64,000 nt of DNA from Octopus bimaculoides (lineage: Eukaryota): positions 142,972,796 to 143,036,795 of the forward strand of contig NC_068983.1 of assembly GCF_001194135.2 (NCBI RefSeq), given 5' to 3'. The first letter of the stretch is position 1. Every line of letters begins with the position of its first letter. Below, piece by piece: positions 50,371 through 63,877 of the stretch. The notes under the pieces are model-generated. The model saw nothing but the letters and a program-made list of their open reading frames with translations. It was not told the origin of the DNA and ran no database searches. The translations under genes and the position numbers were made by a program.

Positions 50371-52739
50371 TGATTAAACTTATTGGACATTTGTTTTCCT
50401 GTTCCTTTTGAAAATATATTAACATATGTGTATATGTATATGTATATGTTTAGCTGTGAAAACCAGTGCTTATGTTAAAAAGGTAATTTGGTGATTCAGT
50501 GAAATATAGATGAATAAAAACATGTCGATAAATGTATGTATGTATGTATGTATGTATGTATGTATGTTTGCATGTATGCATGCATGCATACATGCATGCA
50601 TACACATTTCAACATCTAGTTTTCGGAGTTTGCATTAATCAGATAGAATTCTTTGTGGCAGATTTTCTCCAGCAAGATGCTCCTCTTGATGCAAACCCTC
50701 ACCTATTTCAAAGCAAAGTAATATTTCCTCATAACTAGACTTGTTATTTTCCCAGAAGATTAGAAATGTATGCTTGTTTACAATTATTACATGATAGTAG
50801 AATAAGGGGCCATATGCACGCATGCATGCACACAGAACAAGAAAAAAAATATGACATACCAACAACAATGTTGGCTGGTTTTTGAGTGTGTTAACTGAAG
50901 AAGCAGCACAATACACAGTGAGATGCTGTTAAAGTTGTACAACTCATGCCAACATGGAAAAACAAATATAAAAATAGTGCTGATATATATTATAAAAATT
51001 ATGCATTTATATTATGCTATAGTATATAAATTATATTATGTAAATTATATAAATTATATATTTATATTATGTTATATTATATAAATAACGTATTTATATT
51101 ATGTTATATAATATTATGTAGATAAACTTTTTATGTAACAACTTTTGACAAGGCATAAAGGCCACATATTTATAACAAAAGAAAACTTGTGTTTTAGTGA
51201 GAATCTTGTTTTTGTTAAGGCTATTAGTAATATAAATGAAGTGGTTTTAAACAAGAATTGAAACTAGATCCCAGAATCATCTCACAAGGTACTTGTTTCT
51301 ATTATTTATTTTGGCCATAAACTAATAATGACAACTTTAAAAAAAACTTATTAAATTTAAAGAAGTTATTGCTGCCTCTGCTGCTGTTATTTGACTAAGT
51401 AAGAAATCATTATTTGGGTTGTTTGTTGTGGTAGTTGGTGGTGGTGGTGGTTATCATTGCAGCCATTACAGTTCTCATTATTACTGTTGTCAGAGCACTC
51501 ACATGAATTGATACATTTTAATCAGCCCTTTCCAATAATTCCAAAAACTCTCATTTATCATTAAGTTTGAAAGATACTCCACTTTGTTCTGTCACTAGAT
51601 ATATATATCTGAAAACAAGAAAATATTCAAACAAAACATTTCTGTAAGCTTAGACTTTCTGCCAAAGGAGGTATTTTTAATACTTTCTATTTGAAACAGT
51701 CATTAAAATGATGTCTATCTTTTACAATAAACATTTTGCCCTAACAGGCTGTCAATATTGAAAGAAATTTTAAAGAATGACGATACATTTCTAAAAACGA
51801 AAATTTGGTGTGAAATGTCTTCTCTTCATATTGTTTCATGAGAAATGACAAGAATGTTGTCCTCTCTTGATTCAATTAGTGTACATAATTTCAAATTGTC
51901 CCATGAATAATTATTAAGCAATATTTCGCAAAGTCATGAAGATGACTCATACCTTTACATTTCTTACTCTATTTATTTAGCTTCTCATATTTCAAGACTT
52001 TATTTCACAGCAAAAATTATTTCTATTTATTCATCAGTTTCTTCTCCCTCTTTTTATTAAAACATTGTGGAAAATTTGTGAAAAAGATTCTACTTCTGTG
52101 TTTCTGTTTTCTTTCTTTCTTTTTTTCTTTTTAGTTCTCTGTATGAAAAAAAAAATTTGTATTAACACTCCCAAGTGACTGGTTTCTGAAGAATTACTCG
52201 TCCTTCAACACATGCATACAACATTATTAAACGAGTTAATTGATTACATTGCAGATGACTCAGGCTCATTCTAGTTTGGTTTGCAAAAGAGGAGTGAAAG
52301 CAACATTCAAAATTCTCCTTTAAAATCACAAAGTTCCTGCCATGGAAACTGCCTTAATTGTTTAATATAGTTATTGTTCTGTAATGAGTCTTCAACAGGA
52401 ATGTTCTACAATTGCAATCCTTTATAATCCTGTCGCTTTAATCTGACACATTTGATGTGAAAATAAGTATGGGATATATTTCTTTACAAAACTAAAAAAA
52501 ACATTAAAATAGAAAACAATTCCAGTAATTTTGAATTTAGTTGGATTTTGTTATTTATAGATATGTTTATATCTATTGATAAAGTAATTGGTTTAAAAGA
52601 ATTGTATTTTTGATAGGATTAACTTCAGTACATTATTATTAACTGCTTTGATACCAACCTGCCTGAGACTTCCCCTTAGTTCTATGATACAAACTTCCAG
52701 TTTTGTAGTGATTCAAACTAAAACCTTCCATCAAAAGCC

Positions 52740-55080
52740 ACCACTACCTCCAAACTTCCCTCTTTGACTGAAACAAAACTGGCTGGAACTCCTACAATGT
52801 CCAAATTAGCTTGCATTCTATGATTCTGAAGATGTCAATATCAACCTTCAGCACATCTTTAATTCAATGGCCACATGTGAAGCATCAGTACCACTAAACA
52901 CATTAGAAATCATAAAAAAGTGCAATATGGCAGCATTCCACCTTGCCAGGAATGAATGATGGGATACTGAAAGTGAATTCAGATTACACAGAACCAAACA
53001 AAGGATAATAGAAGGTACAACAATGTATCTAGTTATATCAAGCAGGTGACTAAAAAGGCAGTACTTAAATTTGAACAACACATAGCCACCAACCTGGATA
53101 GTCCAAATGTTTTCGAAATATGAGTTTGAAAGAGGCCTCACTTTTCAGTCATTTTTACAATCCCCAGATGTGTCAGATGTTCCTAAAGTGTGCACAGAAC
53201 TTATTGCCAAATGCCTTGTTAGCATTTTTACTGTTAAAAATCCATCCTGTTGTTCCATCTTTACTGCTACTGACACCAAATTTCATAACATATTGAATTT
53301 ACTCTTGCAATGCTGTGATGCTACCTCAAGAATATGTACAGCTATGCCTCCCCTGTTCTTGATAGTGTTACTTTTCTGCTTCTTAAATGCAGCAGGTTTT
53401 TTTCTACTGCATCAGCTTTGCTAGTTTGCTAATTCTTCCTTATTTACTATGTTATTCTAGAACAGGAAAATTGCCAGCATCATTCCTCCATTCAAAACAG
53501 GTGACTCCATATCATTTGTCAGTTACTGTCCAGTCAGTCTCACAAGCTGTATTGCCAAATGGAGTCCTTGTATTAGTGAGACACTCTGGAACTTCTGGAA
53601 CTCTCATAACCTTATTTAACCCTACAATTTGAATTTATCTCTAACTTCAGCTGCTGAGACCAACTCATCAAATTTCTTAAAGACATCACTTAAATCCCTG
53701 ATGGCAACTCAACTTTACCAGAGCCTTTAATTCTGTCCACACAAACGACTTATGGCAAAGATCTCTGCAATAGGCATGAAAACTAATCTTTAGAACTAGT
53801 TGAAGTCCTTTATTCTTGGTTGAAAAGAGGTAGTCACAGTACAAGGACAATATTCTATGCTTTATATAACATCTAGTGTCCCACAGGGATCGCTCCTTGG
53901 ATTCCTGTTATTTGTTGCATGCATAAATGAAATAAATGTCAGTTATGTTACTATGTTAAAATACGTAGACTGTATTAAGTTGTACTTGAGATAAAAGGAA
54001 TGGACTATAGGTCTTGCCTGCAATCTGACCTGAACACAATGCAACAATTGATTGCTGACTGGCAATTCAAGCTGGTTGAAGACAAGTGTAGCACTATACA
54101 TTTTGGGAGTTAAAACCTAGAATTTGCTGCTACCTTCACAGCACTAACCCTAAGAAGTCTGCTGGTGAATGTGATCCAGGCATTATCATTAACAATGATC
54201 TGCATTAGACAAACCACATTTCTCGCCTGACTGGCCTGTAGGGTTTTCGAGCGAGATCGTTGCCAGTGCCCCTGGACTGGCTCTTGTGCGGGTGGCACAT
54301 AAAAGACACCATTTCAAGCGTAGCCGTTTTCGTGCGGGTGACACATAAAAGCACCCACTACACTCTCTGAGTGGTAGGCGTTAGGAAGGGCATCCAGCTG
54401 TAGAAACTCTGCCAAATTAGATTGGAGCCTGGTGTTGCCATCCGGTTTCACCAGTCCTCAGTCAAATCGTCCAACCCATGCTAGCATGGAAAGCGGACGT
54501 TAAACGATGATGATGATGATGATGATGATTAAAATGGCTTAAGATGTCTTAGCATCACTCAATACGATCTTTGTCAGCCACTCACCTGTTATCTATTTAA
54601 AACTATATATGGCTATGGCATGTGAACATTTACAGTTTGCATCTCAGTCTGAAGCTCTCACCTTGTCCGGAATATCAATCTACTAGAAGCTGCTCAGAGA
54701 TGTGCAACCAGACAAATACTCTCTACAATCACTTACCATATCTTGAATGTATTGCTTCTCTCAGTTTTGACACACTGAAGTTTTGATGTCTAGCAGCTGA
54801 CATGGCAGAAGCCCATAAGATTATTCACCATCTTTCTGAAAACAACTTTGGTGACCTCTTTGAATTCAACACCTCTATCACTTGTGGACATGCTTATAAA
54901 ATCAAAAAACAGTGCAGCAACCATGACATTTGGAAACATATTTATTCATGCTTAGAATTGTCAAAGCATGGAGTAAACTATCCATGTCAGTTGTTAGCTG
55001 TCAGGGCACTGCGTTCTTTAAAAATGCTATGCTTCCCAAAATTAACCAACACTGCTGCTGACATGCCTAAATACCCTTTC
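52740..55080 (+). mobile_element. CR1-clade LINE ORF2 fossil (RT and C-terminus), interrupted by a SINE
   Basis: Motifs in order: ASIIPPFKTGD...SYCPVSLTSCIAK, FTRAFNSV, SVPQGSLLGFLLF, LQSDLNTMQ, LEAAQRCATR, and GHAYKIKKQ. Confidence 0.85.
54218..54528 (+). mobile_element. SINE family A inserted in the CR1 fossil
   Basis: Near-identical to 37426-37730, with a (GAT)n tail. Confidence 0.9.
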
Positions 55081-55988
55081 CTCAATTTATGACACTTTTA
55101 ATGTTCACTTTTCTCTATTTTATTCCATGTACTGTGCGTGTACTTCTAGTTTTCATTACTGTCTTTCTTTGACTTATGGCTGCTTTCTGTCCCTTCTTTT
55201 AACCTTTTCTGACAAGTCCTATTGAATCAGAACACTGAATACAATAAGCTCATTATTATTTTACTATTATTGTTGTTGTTGCTAATAACAACAACAGCAA
55301 TAATAAAGATAAATTGGGCAATATAATCTTTGATATTAAAAAAAAAAATGGGATGGTCAGAACTGGAATAGTTCCAGTCATAAAGCAGTACAATCTGATC
55401 TAACCTTGATCAGTAGGGGTGGGCTGAGCTAAATAACAACTCACTATCAAACATAACAGGCATGAACTCATCAGTCACTTGACATGCATGAAATAACAGC
55501 TAAATCTCACATGGATCACAACTTACCAGGGAAGGACACACATTGCTTATTGCACCCCTAGGTATTCCTAAGATGGCCACCTGGAATGCCTTTGATCTGC
55601 TTGATCAGGATTGACCTGGGGCTAGACAATAACAACAAGAGCATCTGCAATGAATACAAATTATCTTTATAATATTCTGTACATACATATTTACAGCTCT
55701 GTAGTATATTTTCCCCCATTCACTCTTTTGCCCTGTCTTCCTTTCCTCGTCCATTCTTCACTGTCTACTTGCCTGTCTCTTGTTATATCTCTTTTAATTT
55801 TTTGTTTGTACTTTTTTTTTGGGGTCCAGTTTTATTTTACCTTTCCTCTCATTCTTTCCTCCTCTCTATCCCCTTGCTTCTTTCCCTCTCTTTCTTTTTT
55901 CTATTTATCTATTTAACTATCAATTTTTTAAATCTATTTTTTTGTTCTTTTCTATATTTTCATTTGCCCCTTTTTTTCTGTTCAAACC

Positions 55989-55991
<3 letters not shown>

Positions 55992-56038
<47 letters not shown>

Positions 56039-56400
56039 CTATCTCTCTGTGTCTCTCTTCTGTTGCCTGTCTGTTTGCCTGCCTGCCTGCCTGCCTGCCA
56101 GTCAGTCTATCTATCTGTCTCTGTCTATCCCTTCCCACCCTGATAGTCATCCTAAGATTTCTATATGATCACAACAATCAGCAAGTGACCTGAATAACAA
56201 CAACCTTGCAGCATCATTTTCAATTCTTCTCTGTTTTGTCAGAATTTTTAATAAGGATGACAGAGAGAGCGAGAGAGAGAGAGAGCGAGAGAGAGAGAGA
56301 GCGAGAGAGAGAGCGAGAGAGAGAGAGAGAGAGAGAGAGAAAAGAAAATAGAGAGAAAGAGAGAAAGATAAAGAGCGATAGAGAGAGAGAGAAAGAAACA
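55992..56400. repeat. Opposed (CT)n and (GA)n microsatellite tracts
   Basis: (ct)n at about 55992-56031 and (ga)n at about 56260-56345. Confidence 0.9.
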
Positions 56401-56785
56401 GTAGTGGAGAAAAAGAATGCGAGGAGACAGAGATAGTTAATACAAAATAATATTAAAAAATCATTGAACAGAAAACTCCTATTGTTTTCCATCTTTCTAT
56501 TTTACCTCCTCCTCCTCCTCCTCCTCCTCCTCTCTCTCTGTTCTGCCCATAGTTTTTTAAAAACATTTATTTCCAAACTTCATTTGCTTGTTGAGATATT
56601 TAATGTTGTTATTATTGTAGGTATTATTGTTATTATCCCTACAATAAATCCCTAATTTATGTGAAATACACCATAACTGAATATCAATGCCCAAACAAAA
56701 GATTTTCATATACATATATGACTTAAACGAGTGAAACAGATAAAGAATAAATGTAATTCAATGCAAGCCAGTGAGTTCAAGCCAA

Positions 56786-57835
56786 CATACATACATACAT
56801 ACATGCATACATACATACATGCATACATACATACATGCATGCATACATGCATACATACATACATACATGCATACATACAAACATACATACATACATACAT
56901 ACATGCATACACACATACATACATGCATACATACATACATACATGCATACATACATACATACATACATACATGCATGCATGCATGCATACACACATACAT
57001 GCATACATACATACATACATACATGCATACATACATACATACACACATACATGCATACATGCATACATACATACATACATGCATACATACATACATACAT
57101 ACATACATACATANNNNNNNNNNNNNNNNNNNNNNNNNNNNNNNNNNNNNNNNNNNNNNNNNNNNNNNNNNNNNNNNNNNNNNNNNNNNNNNNNNNNNNN
57201 NNNNNNNNNNNNNNNNNNNNNNNNNNNNNNNNNNNNNNNNNNNNNNNNNNNNNNNNNNNNNNNNNNNNNNNNNNNNNNNNNNNNNNNNNNNNNNNNNNNN
57301 NNNNNNNNNNNNNNNNNNNNNNNNNNNNNNNNNNNNNNNNNNNNNNNNNNNNNNNNNNNNNNNNNNNNNNNNNNNNNNNNNNNNNNNNNNNNNNNNNNNN
57401 NNNNNNNNNNNNNNNNNNNNNNNNNNNNNNNNNNNNNNNNNNACATACATGCATACATACATACATACATGCATACATGCATACATACATACATACATAC
57501 ATGCATACATGCATGCATGCATACATACATACATGCATACATACATACATACATGCATACATACATACATACATGCATACATGCATACATACATACATAC
57601 ATACATGCATGCATGCATACATACATACATGCATACATACATACATACATACATACATACATACATGCATACATACATACATACATGCATACATACATAC
57701 ATACATACATACATACATGCATGCATGCATACATACATGCATGCATGCATGCATACATACATACATACATACATATAAACATACAAATATACATACATAC
57801 ATACACACACACAGACACGCACACAGACACACACA

Positions 57836-57875
<40 letters not shown>
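56786..57875. repeat. Long (CATA)n/(CATG)n tetranucleotide array ending in (CA)n; contains gap 57114-57442
   Basis: Directly visible; the source of the HTYI/MYVC ORFs. Confidence 0.98.
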
Positions 57876-57876
<1 letters not shown>

Positions 57877-57899
57877 TCACATATGAATATATATATGTA

Positions 57900-58530
57900 G
57901 GTGTAGGCGTAGCTGTGTGGTAAGAAGCTGGTGAACTGGCAGAAACGTTAGCCTGCCAGGCAAAATGCTTGGCGGTATTTCATCTGCCGCTACGTTCTAA
58001 GTTCAAATTCCTCTGAGGTCGACTTTGCCTTTCATCCTTTCGGGGTCGATTAAATAAGTATCAGTTATGCATTGGGGTCGATATAATCGACTTAATCCAT
58101 TTGTCTGTCCTTGTTTGTCCTCTCTGTGTGTAACCCCTTGTGGGCAGTAAATAAATAAGAAGCTTGTTTCCCAACAACATGGTTCAGGGTTCAGTCCCAC
58201 TCTGTGGCAGCTTGGGCAAATGTCTTCTACTACAGCTGTGGGCTGATCAAAGCCTCGTGAGTGGATTTGGTGGATGGAAACTGAAAGAAGCCTGTATATG
58301 TATCTATATGTGTGTGTGTCTTTGTGTCTGTGTTTGTCCCTCCCCCCATCACCACTTGACAACACAGTAGTGTTGGTGTGTTTACGTCCCTGTAACATAA
58401 TGGTTCAACAAAATAGACTGGCAGAATAACTACCAGGCTTAAAGAAATAAGCCCTGGAGTTGATTTGTTTGGCTAAAAGGTGGTGCTCCAGCATAGCTGA
58501 TGTCACATGACTGAAACAGGTGAAAGAATA
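57900..58530 (+). mobile_element. SINE family B with a nested family C SINE
   Basis: The 5' end ggcgtagctgtgtggtaagaagct continues as tgtttcccaacaacatggttcagggttcagtcccac after the insertion. Confidence 0.88.
57930..58155 (+). mobile_element. tRNA-derived SINE family C, 9-bp target-site duplication taagaagct
   Basis: TSD at 57921-57929 and 58156-58164; B-box-like gttcaaattcc. Confidence 0.88.
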
Positions 58531-58558
58531 AAATAATAAAAGCATAGATATATAGGAG

Positions 58559-58593
<35 letters not shown>

Positions 58594-58948
58594 NNNNNNN
58601 NNNNNNNNNNNNNNNNNNNNNNNNNNNNNNNNNNNNNNNNNNNNNNNNNNNNNNNNNNNNNNNNNNNNNNNNNNNNNNNNNNNNNNNNNNNNNNNNNNNN
58701 NNNNNNNNNNNNNNNNNNNNNNNNNNNNNNNNNNNNNNNNNNNNNNNNNNNNNNNNNNNNNNNNNNNNNNNNNNNNNNNNNNNNNNNNNNNNNNNNNNNN
58801 NNNNNNNNNNNNNNNNNNNNNNNNNNNNNNNNNNNNNNNNNNNNNNNNNNNNNNNNNNNNNNNNNNNNNNNNNNNNNNNNNNNNNNNNNNNNNNNNNNNN
58901 NNNNNNNNNNNNNNNNNNNNNNNNNNNNNNNNNNNNNNNNNNNNNNNN
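58594..58948. other. Assembly gap between (TA)n and (TG)n
   Basis: N run. Confidence 1.
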
Positions 58949-59000
<52 letters not shown>

Positions 59001-59339
59001 CATACATACATATACACACACTGACATATCTGTTCATTGAAGTACTCACAGCATAAAGCAGAGTTAATAATAACAGCAATTAAAAGTGAGATTTTACACA
59101 ATTGTTACTCTGAGTTTTGCATTACTTCTTTCTGGTACAACGAAAAGCAGTGATGCAAAACTTGGTAAAGTGCATAATTTCTGGGTTTTTATGCAAATGT
59201 GTGATAATGTTAAGCGAACATTAGTGTCAAAGAAATCAGCTATTTTAGTAACATCTTTGTGAGTATGCATCTGAAAGAGTGACAGATCCAGCACCTGTGT
59301 GTGTAAATATATAAAAAAATATATATCAATCTCAGGAAG

Positions 59340-60295
59340 TTGGGCCTCATGGAGGAAATGACAATGGACCAAGATGAGAAGATCCGCCCATGTTAGCGAA
59401 ACTGAGTTCTAGAAGTACTGTGTGTCCCACCTACACTTAACAAGAAAACTTCTTACACACTCTACCACAACAAACCAAACTACATCTCTACACCTCTTCT
59501 CTTCCTCACATTTCCGCTCCATGTATTTTAATTACCTCCCACTCCCCAATCCTGTCCTCTCACCTCTATTCCTCTGTATCATTGCTATCTGGTAGCCCCC
59601 CCCCCCAACTCTATACATATCCAGGTCTTTCGCCACTTACTTGCACTCTTTAACCATACTCCCTTTACAATATCCTGTCACTTATGTTATGGCATTTGAA
59701 CCTCAAGAGTATGCCCTGGTTCTTGCCACTACCTATGTCTCTCTCTTCCTTTACTCAACCATCCCATTTATATTCTGATCCCTGTCCCTTGTGAGTATAC
59801 CAGGCATTTTGGCTCCATCTCTATCCTGCTGTCTCCCACCCTCTCTCCTCCTGCACTTCCTTCAGGTTGGGTAACTGTGTATTTAGTACACCTGTTTCTG
59901 TCTTCATTCCTGATCTTTCTCACTCTGGCCAGGTAACCTTGCACTTCCTCTACAACAAGACACCTGTATCTGTCTCACTATAACCTTTTCATCATCCAAC
60001 ACAAAATCACCTCCTCCAATTCCTCCTCCCCCTCTTAAAAGTTTTGATATTGACACACTACCGCTCATGACCTCTATTTTTATTCTTATTCATCCATTCG
60101 ATACTCAACGACCAACTGAAACTTCACCATGTAATGCCTCACTGGATTTTACCACGCGAAAGGAACCCTGACGAAGGAAATGTTTTTATACAGGGTGTTG
60201 AATTTGGATTATATCCTACAACCCCTTAAAACTTTTCTGAAACGGCCGTAGGTTTGGACTGATCCTTTCAATCGCCTCCTTTAATCTATTCTAAC
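59340..60295 (+). mobile_element. 3' portion of a Penelope-like element (decayed ORF end, pyrimidine-rich 3' region, terminal hammerhead)
   Basis: Broken ...LEVL...PTLNKK-like ORF ending, a C/T-rich tract, then a hammerhead motif. The PLE assignment rests mainly on the known PLE-hammerhead association. Confidence 0.55.
60163..60255 (+). ncRNA. Minimal type I hammerhead ribozyme with extended stem II
   Basis: Stem I GAACC (60163-60167)/GGTTT (60251-60255), core CTGACGA (60168-60174), stem II 60175-60238, GAAA (60239-60242), palindromic stem III ACGGCCGT, and GUA cleavage triplet (cut after 60250). Confidence 0.8.
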
Positions 60296-60304
60296 TATAT
60301 ATAA

Positions 60305-61170
60305 GCAGGCAGCTGAATTTAGGAGGGAAAGGGAGAATCTTGAAAATAACCCAAAGTTTGGACATCTTGCAGCTGCCACCACTAAGCAAAACATTGATGG
60401 TGTTTGCCACATGGTGATGGATTGTAGGTTATAAATCAAATAGCCAATACTAATAGCATATCCCATGAGAGAGTTGAGAATATTCTGAGCAATGAACTTG
60501 GCATGATGAAGATTTCTGCTCAGTGGGTGCCATGTCTTCTGAAACCTGATCAAAGGCACACCAGGCTGACCACATCATGTGTAAATCTAACATGGCTTGA
60601 GGCAGATCCAGTTGGTTTCCTTGAATGTTTCTTAAGCAAGGATGAGAGTTGGCTTCACAACCCATGCACAGGAAACACCCCTCCTCACCTGCTCCAAATA
60701 AGGCCAAGGTAGTTTCATCTGCAGGGAAAGGGATGCAAAAGGTACTGTATTTATTGACTATCTTCAAAAGGGCCACACTATCAATGAAAAGTGCTATGCT
60801 AACATGTTGAGGCAAAAGGCTATCAAGACCAAACACTCAGGAAAAACTGATGAAAGAGATCTTGTTCCATCAGGTCTATCCTTCAGCACACAAGTTCTTG
60901 CTTTCAATGGCTCCTGCACATGACTGTGGTTTTGAACTAGTTGATCAACCTCCCTATTCTCCTGATTGGGTCCCATCATCTCTTTCCCAACATGAGAAAG
61001 CACTTGGCTGTTGACTTTTTTGTTCAACAAGATGAATGTTTCTTCATCAATGGGATCTGAATACTGCAACACCAATGGAAGAAGTGTGTGGACTGCAAGT
61101 GTGTGACCTCTTTTGGTCACATTCTATGAGAGTATCTTGGTCAGCCTATGAACTTTTCAGTTGACTCTTG
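60305..61170 (+). mobile_element. 5'-truncated, internally deleted mariner (irritans/Himar1-like)
   Basis: AAEFRRERENLENNP, KISAQWVPCLL, DESW, SAGK...FIDYLQKGHTIN and PPYSPD; the right TIR is gtcagcctatgaacttttcagttgactcttg|ta. Confidence 0.85.
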
Positions 61171-61889
61171 TACACATGAATTTATCTGAGTTCCGTAAGG
61201 GTGAAATTACAGACCATATCCAGAAATTAGTGGTCATACTTTACAATGTACATAACTGTGAAATCCCATAACCTGAGGGACCTGTAAAATAGGGTCGGGA
61301 GTGGGGGACTGTATTCTATAGAAATATAAACATATAATGGTGAATTGGCAGTCATTAAAGTATAGGACAAAATACTTGGTGGAATTTGTTTTGACTCTCT
61401 TCACTCTGAATAACAAATCCAGTTAAGATCAACATTGCCTTTCATCTTGTCTTTATTGGGGTGTCAGGGCAGTGGGGACAGTGTTAATAAAATAAAGTTT
61501 TAGTTCAGGTTGGAGGATTGGTTGAATAATTAGAGCATCAGAGCAAGACAAGATACCTTGTGGTGTTTATTCAGGCATTTTTGCATCCTGAGTAAGTGAG
61601 TGTTAGACTTAATCTGTCAACCAGTTTAACATAACTACCAAATCCTTGGGTACCTTTAGTTGTGTTCATTTTGTTGCAAGCATTTGGGCCAGGTCTTAGA
61701 TTGGAGGATAACATTCTCCCTCCCTCTCATAAATCTAAAGAGTAAAAAAAAAATAATAATAAAGAATCATGGGCACTACCCTTTCCACCTTGACTAAATG
61801 ACATCTATATATGCTGATATATATACTAGGTTTTATATATGCTGATGTATGTACAGGATCATCTATATGTTGATGTATATACTAGGCCA

Positions 61890-62231
61890 GTGAAGGCGCA
61901 TGGCTCAGTGGTTAGAGCGTCGAGCTTACGATCGTGAGGTTGTGAGTTCGAATCCTGGACTGGGCTGCGAGTTGTGTTCTTGAGCAAGACACTTTATTTC
62001 GCGTTGCTCCAATTCACTCAGCTGTAGAAATGAGTTGCGACATCACAGGTGTCAAGCTGTATCGATCTTTGCCTTTCCCTTGGATAACACTGGTGGCGTG
62101 GAGAGGGGAGGCCAGTATGCATGGGCGACTGCTGGTCTTCCATAAAAACAACCTTGTCCGGACTTGTGCCTGGGAGGGTAACTTTCTAGGTGCAATCCCA
62201 TGGTCAGTCATGACCGAAGGGGGTCTCAGCA
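61890..62231 (+). mobile_element. Intact tRNA-derived SINE (family E) with 11-bp TSD atactaggcca
   Basis: A box TGGCTCAGTGG (61901-61911), B box GTTCGAATCC (61946-61955), TSD at 61879-61889 and 62232-62242. Confidence 0.92.
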
Positions 62232-63187
62232 ATACTAGGCCATTTTTTATATTGGTGTATATACTGGGTCATCTACATACATTGATGTATATCTGAGTCA
62301 CAGACAAAAGAAATATAAGAAAATTCAGTTTCATTTATTTGAATTTATATTGTTTTCCCCTTTTATTCTTTTACTGTGGCCATGCTAGAGTTGAGCAGAT
62401 TATATCAATCTCAGTATTTATTTAATTGAAATTGAAAAAATGGAAGACAAAATTGATTTGGTTATGATTTGTACTTAGAATGTAAAAGGATGCATCTACA
62501 TATGACAAGGTATTTTCTCCAGTGTGCTGTTGAATATGTTATCCACTGCTTTATTCATAAGGCAAATAAGGAAGTTCGAAATAGAATTCTACAAACTGAA
62601 TTCAGTCAAATTTTGTGATCCATTATACTGCACAATTGAGTTATTTTACCGTACAGTTTAAAGCTCTGTCTGTTAGTCACAACATACATAATAATCTTTT
62701 AGGTAAATTGTCCTTTATCTCCTTTATTAAACAGAACAATTTAAAATAAACAAATAAAATCACAGTCCTTTTTTTTTTTCTAACTAGTCTATAGTTAACA
62801 GTCAACAAGGCAGAAAAAAGAATTTTATTACACCATTCTTCTCAAAGAAAAAAAAAGAAACAAAAAGTGATGATGGTGTATATAAAAAAAAATAAATTGA
62901 AATTTTTTTTTTGAAAATGAATTGGTCACAAAACATGAAAGGTTCAGTATGGCGGAAGATGAGTCATTTATCTGTTAAAGTGACTTTATTATACTGATAA
63001 TATGTTATTGTTTGTTCTGATCCACAACAAAGCTAATTTTGTATCTATTACAAAAATTACAATTGCTATCTATATGAACAGTTTCTCTGTCCCTCTTCTC
63101 TCAATCTCTCTCTTCCCCTTCTATCTCTCTGTCTCTTCTTCCCACTTTTCTCTCTCTCTCTCTCTCTGAATCTCTCTTTCTATCCCT

Positions 63188-63243
<56 letters not shown>

Positions 63244-63639
63244 AGGATGTTAGCCATTCAACTTTGTGGAAACATAGAGAACTCACTGTTGTAAAGGAAG
63301 AAATAATGTTTCATTCATGCTAGCCAGAGCATCAATAACAACTGAAGCATCGATAACAACAGCTACACTATAATATCAATAAATCTTATTACACACATGC
63401 ACGCATGCTAACAAACACAGGTACACAGATGCACACACACACACACACACATGTAGAGAATAGGAAGGGCATCCAGCCGTGAAGATTTTACTCTGGTTAC
63501 ATATACCCCAGAACATGTAATCTTATCACATCTCTGTATAGAAAGCTTAGTGTCATAATATGACTAATCTGTTTCATCTAATCCATTCAGGCATGGGAAA
63601 ACAGATGTTACTTTAAAAAAAGAAAAAAAAAAAATTAAA

Positions 63640-63666
63640 GAAGAAATGATGATGATGATAATGATC

Positions 63667-63704
<38 letters not shown>

Positions 63705-63828
63705 ATGGAGAGAGAGAGAGAGAGAGTAAGGAAAACAAAGAGAAAGACAGAGAAAGAAAGAGGAAGGCAGAGATAGACAGATATATAGATAGATAGATGG
63801 ATGGATGGATAGATAGATAGATAGATAG

Positions 63829-63877
<49 letters not shown>

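Noticed and set aside
56706-57923. Longest ORFs in the track (335-389 aa, HTYI/MYVC repeats)
   Set aside because: Translations of a CATA/CATG microsatellite plus an N gap; not genes.
59051-59372. Minus-strand ORFs and signal-peptide-like frame before a gtgagt donor
   Set aside because: No in-frame ATG for the signal-like frame, the other frames stop before the donor, and nothing is recognisable.
61895-61965. tRNA gene
   Set aside because: The A and B boxes are the head of a SINE with a body and TSD; no acceptor stem closes.
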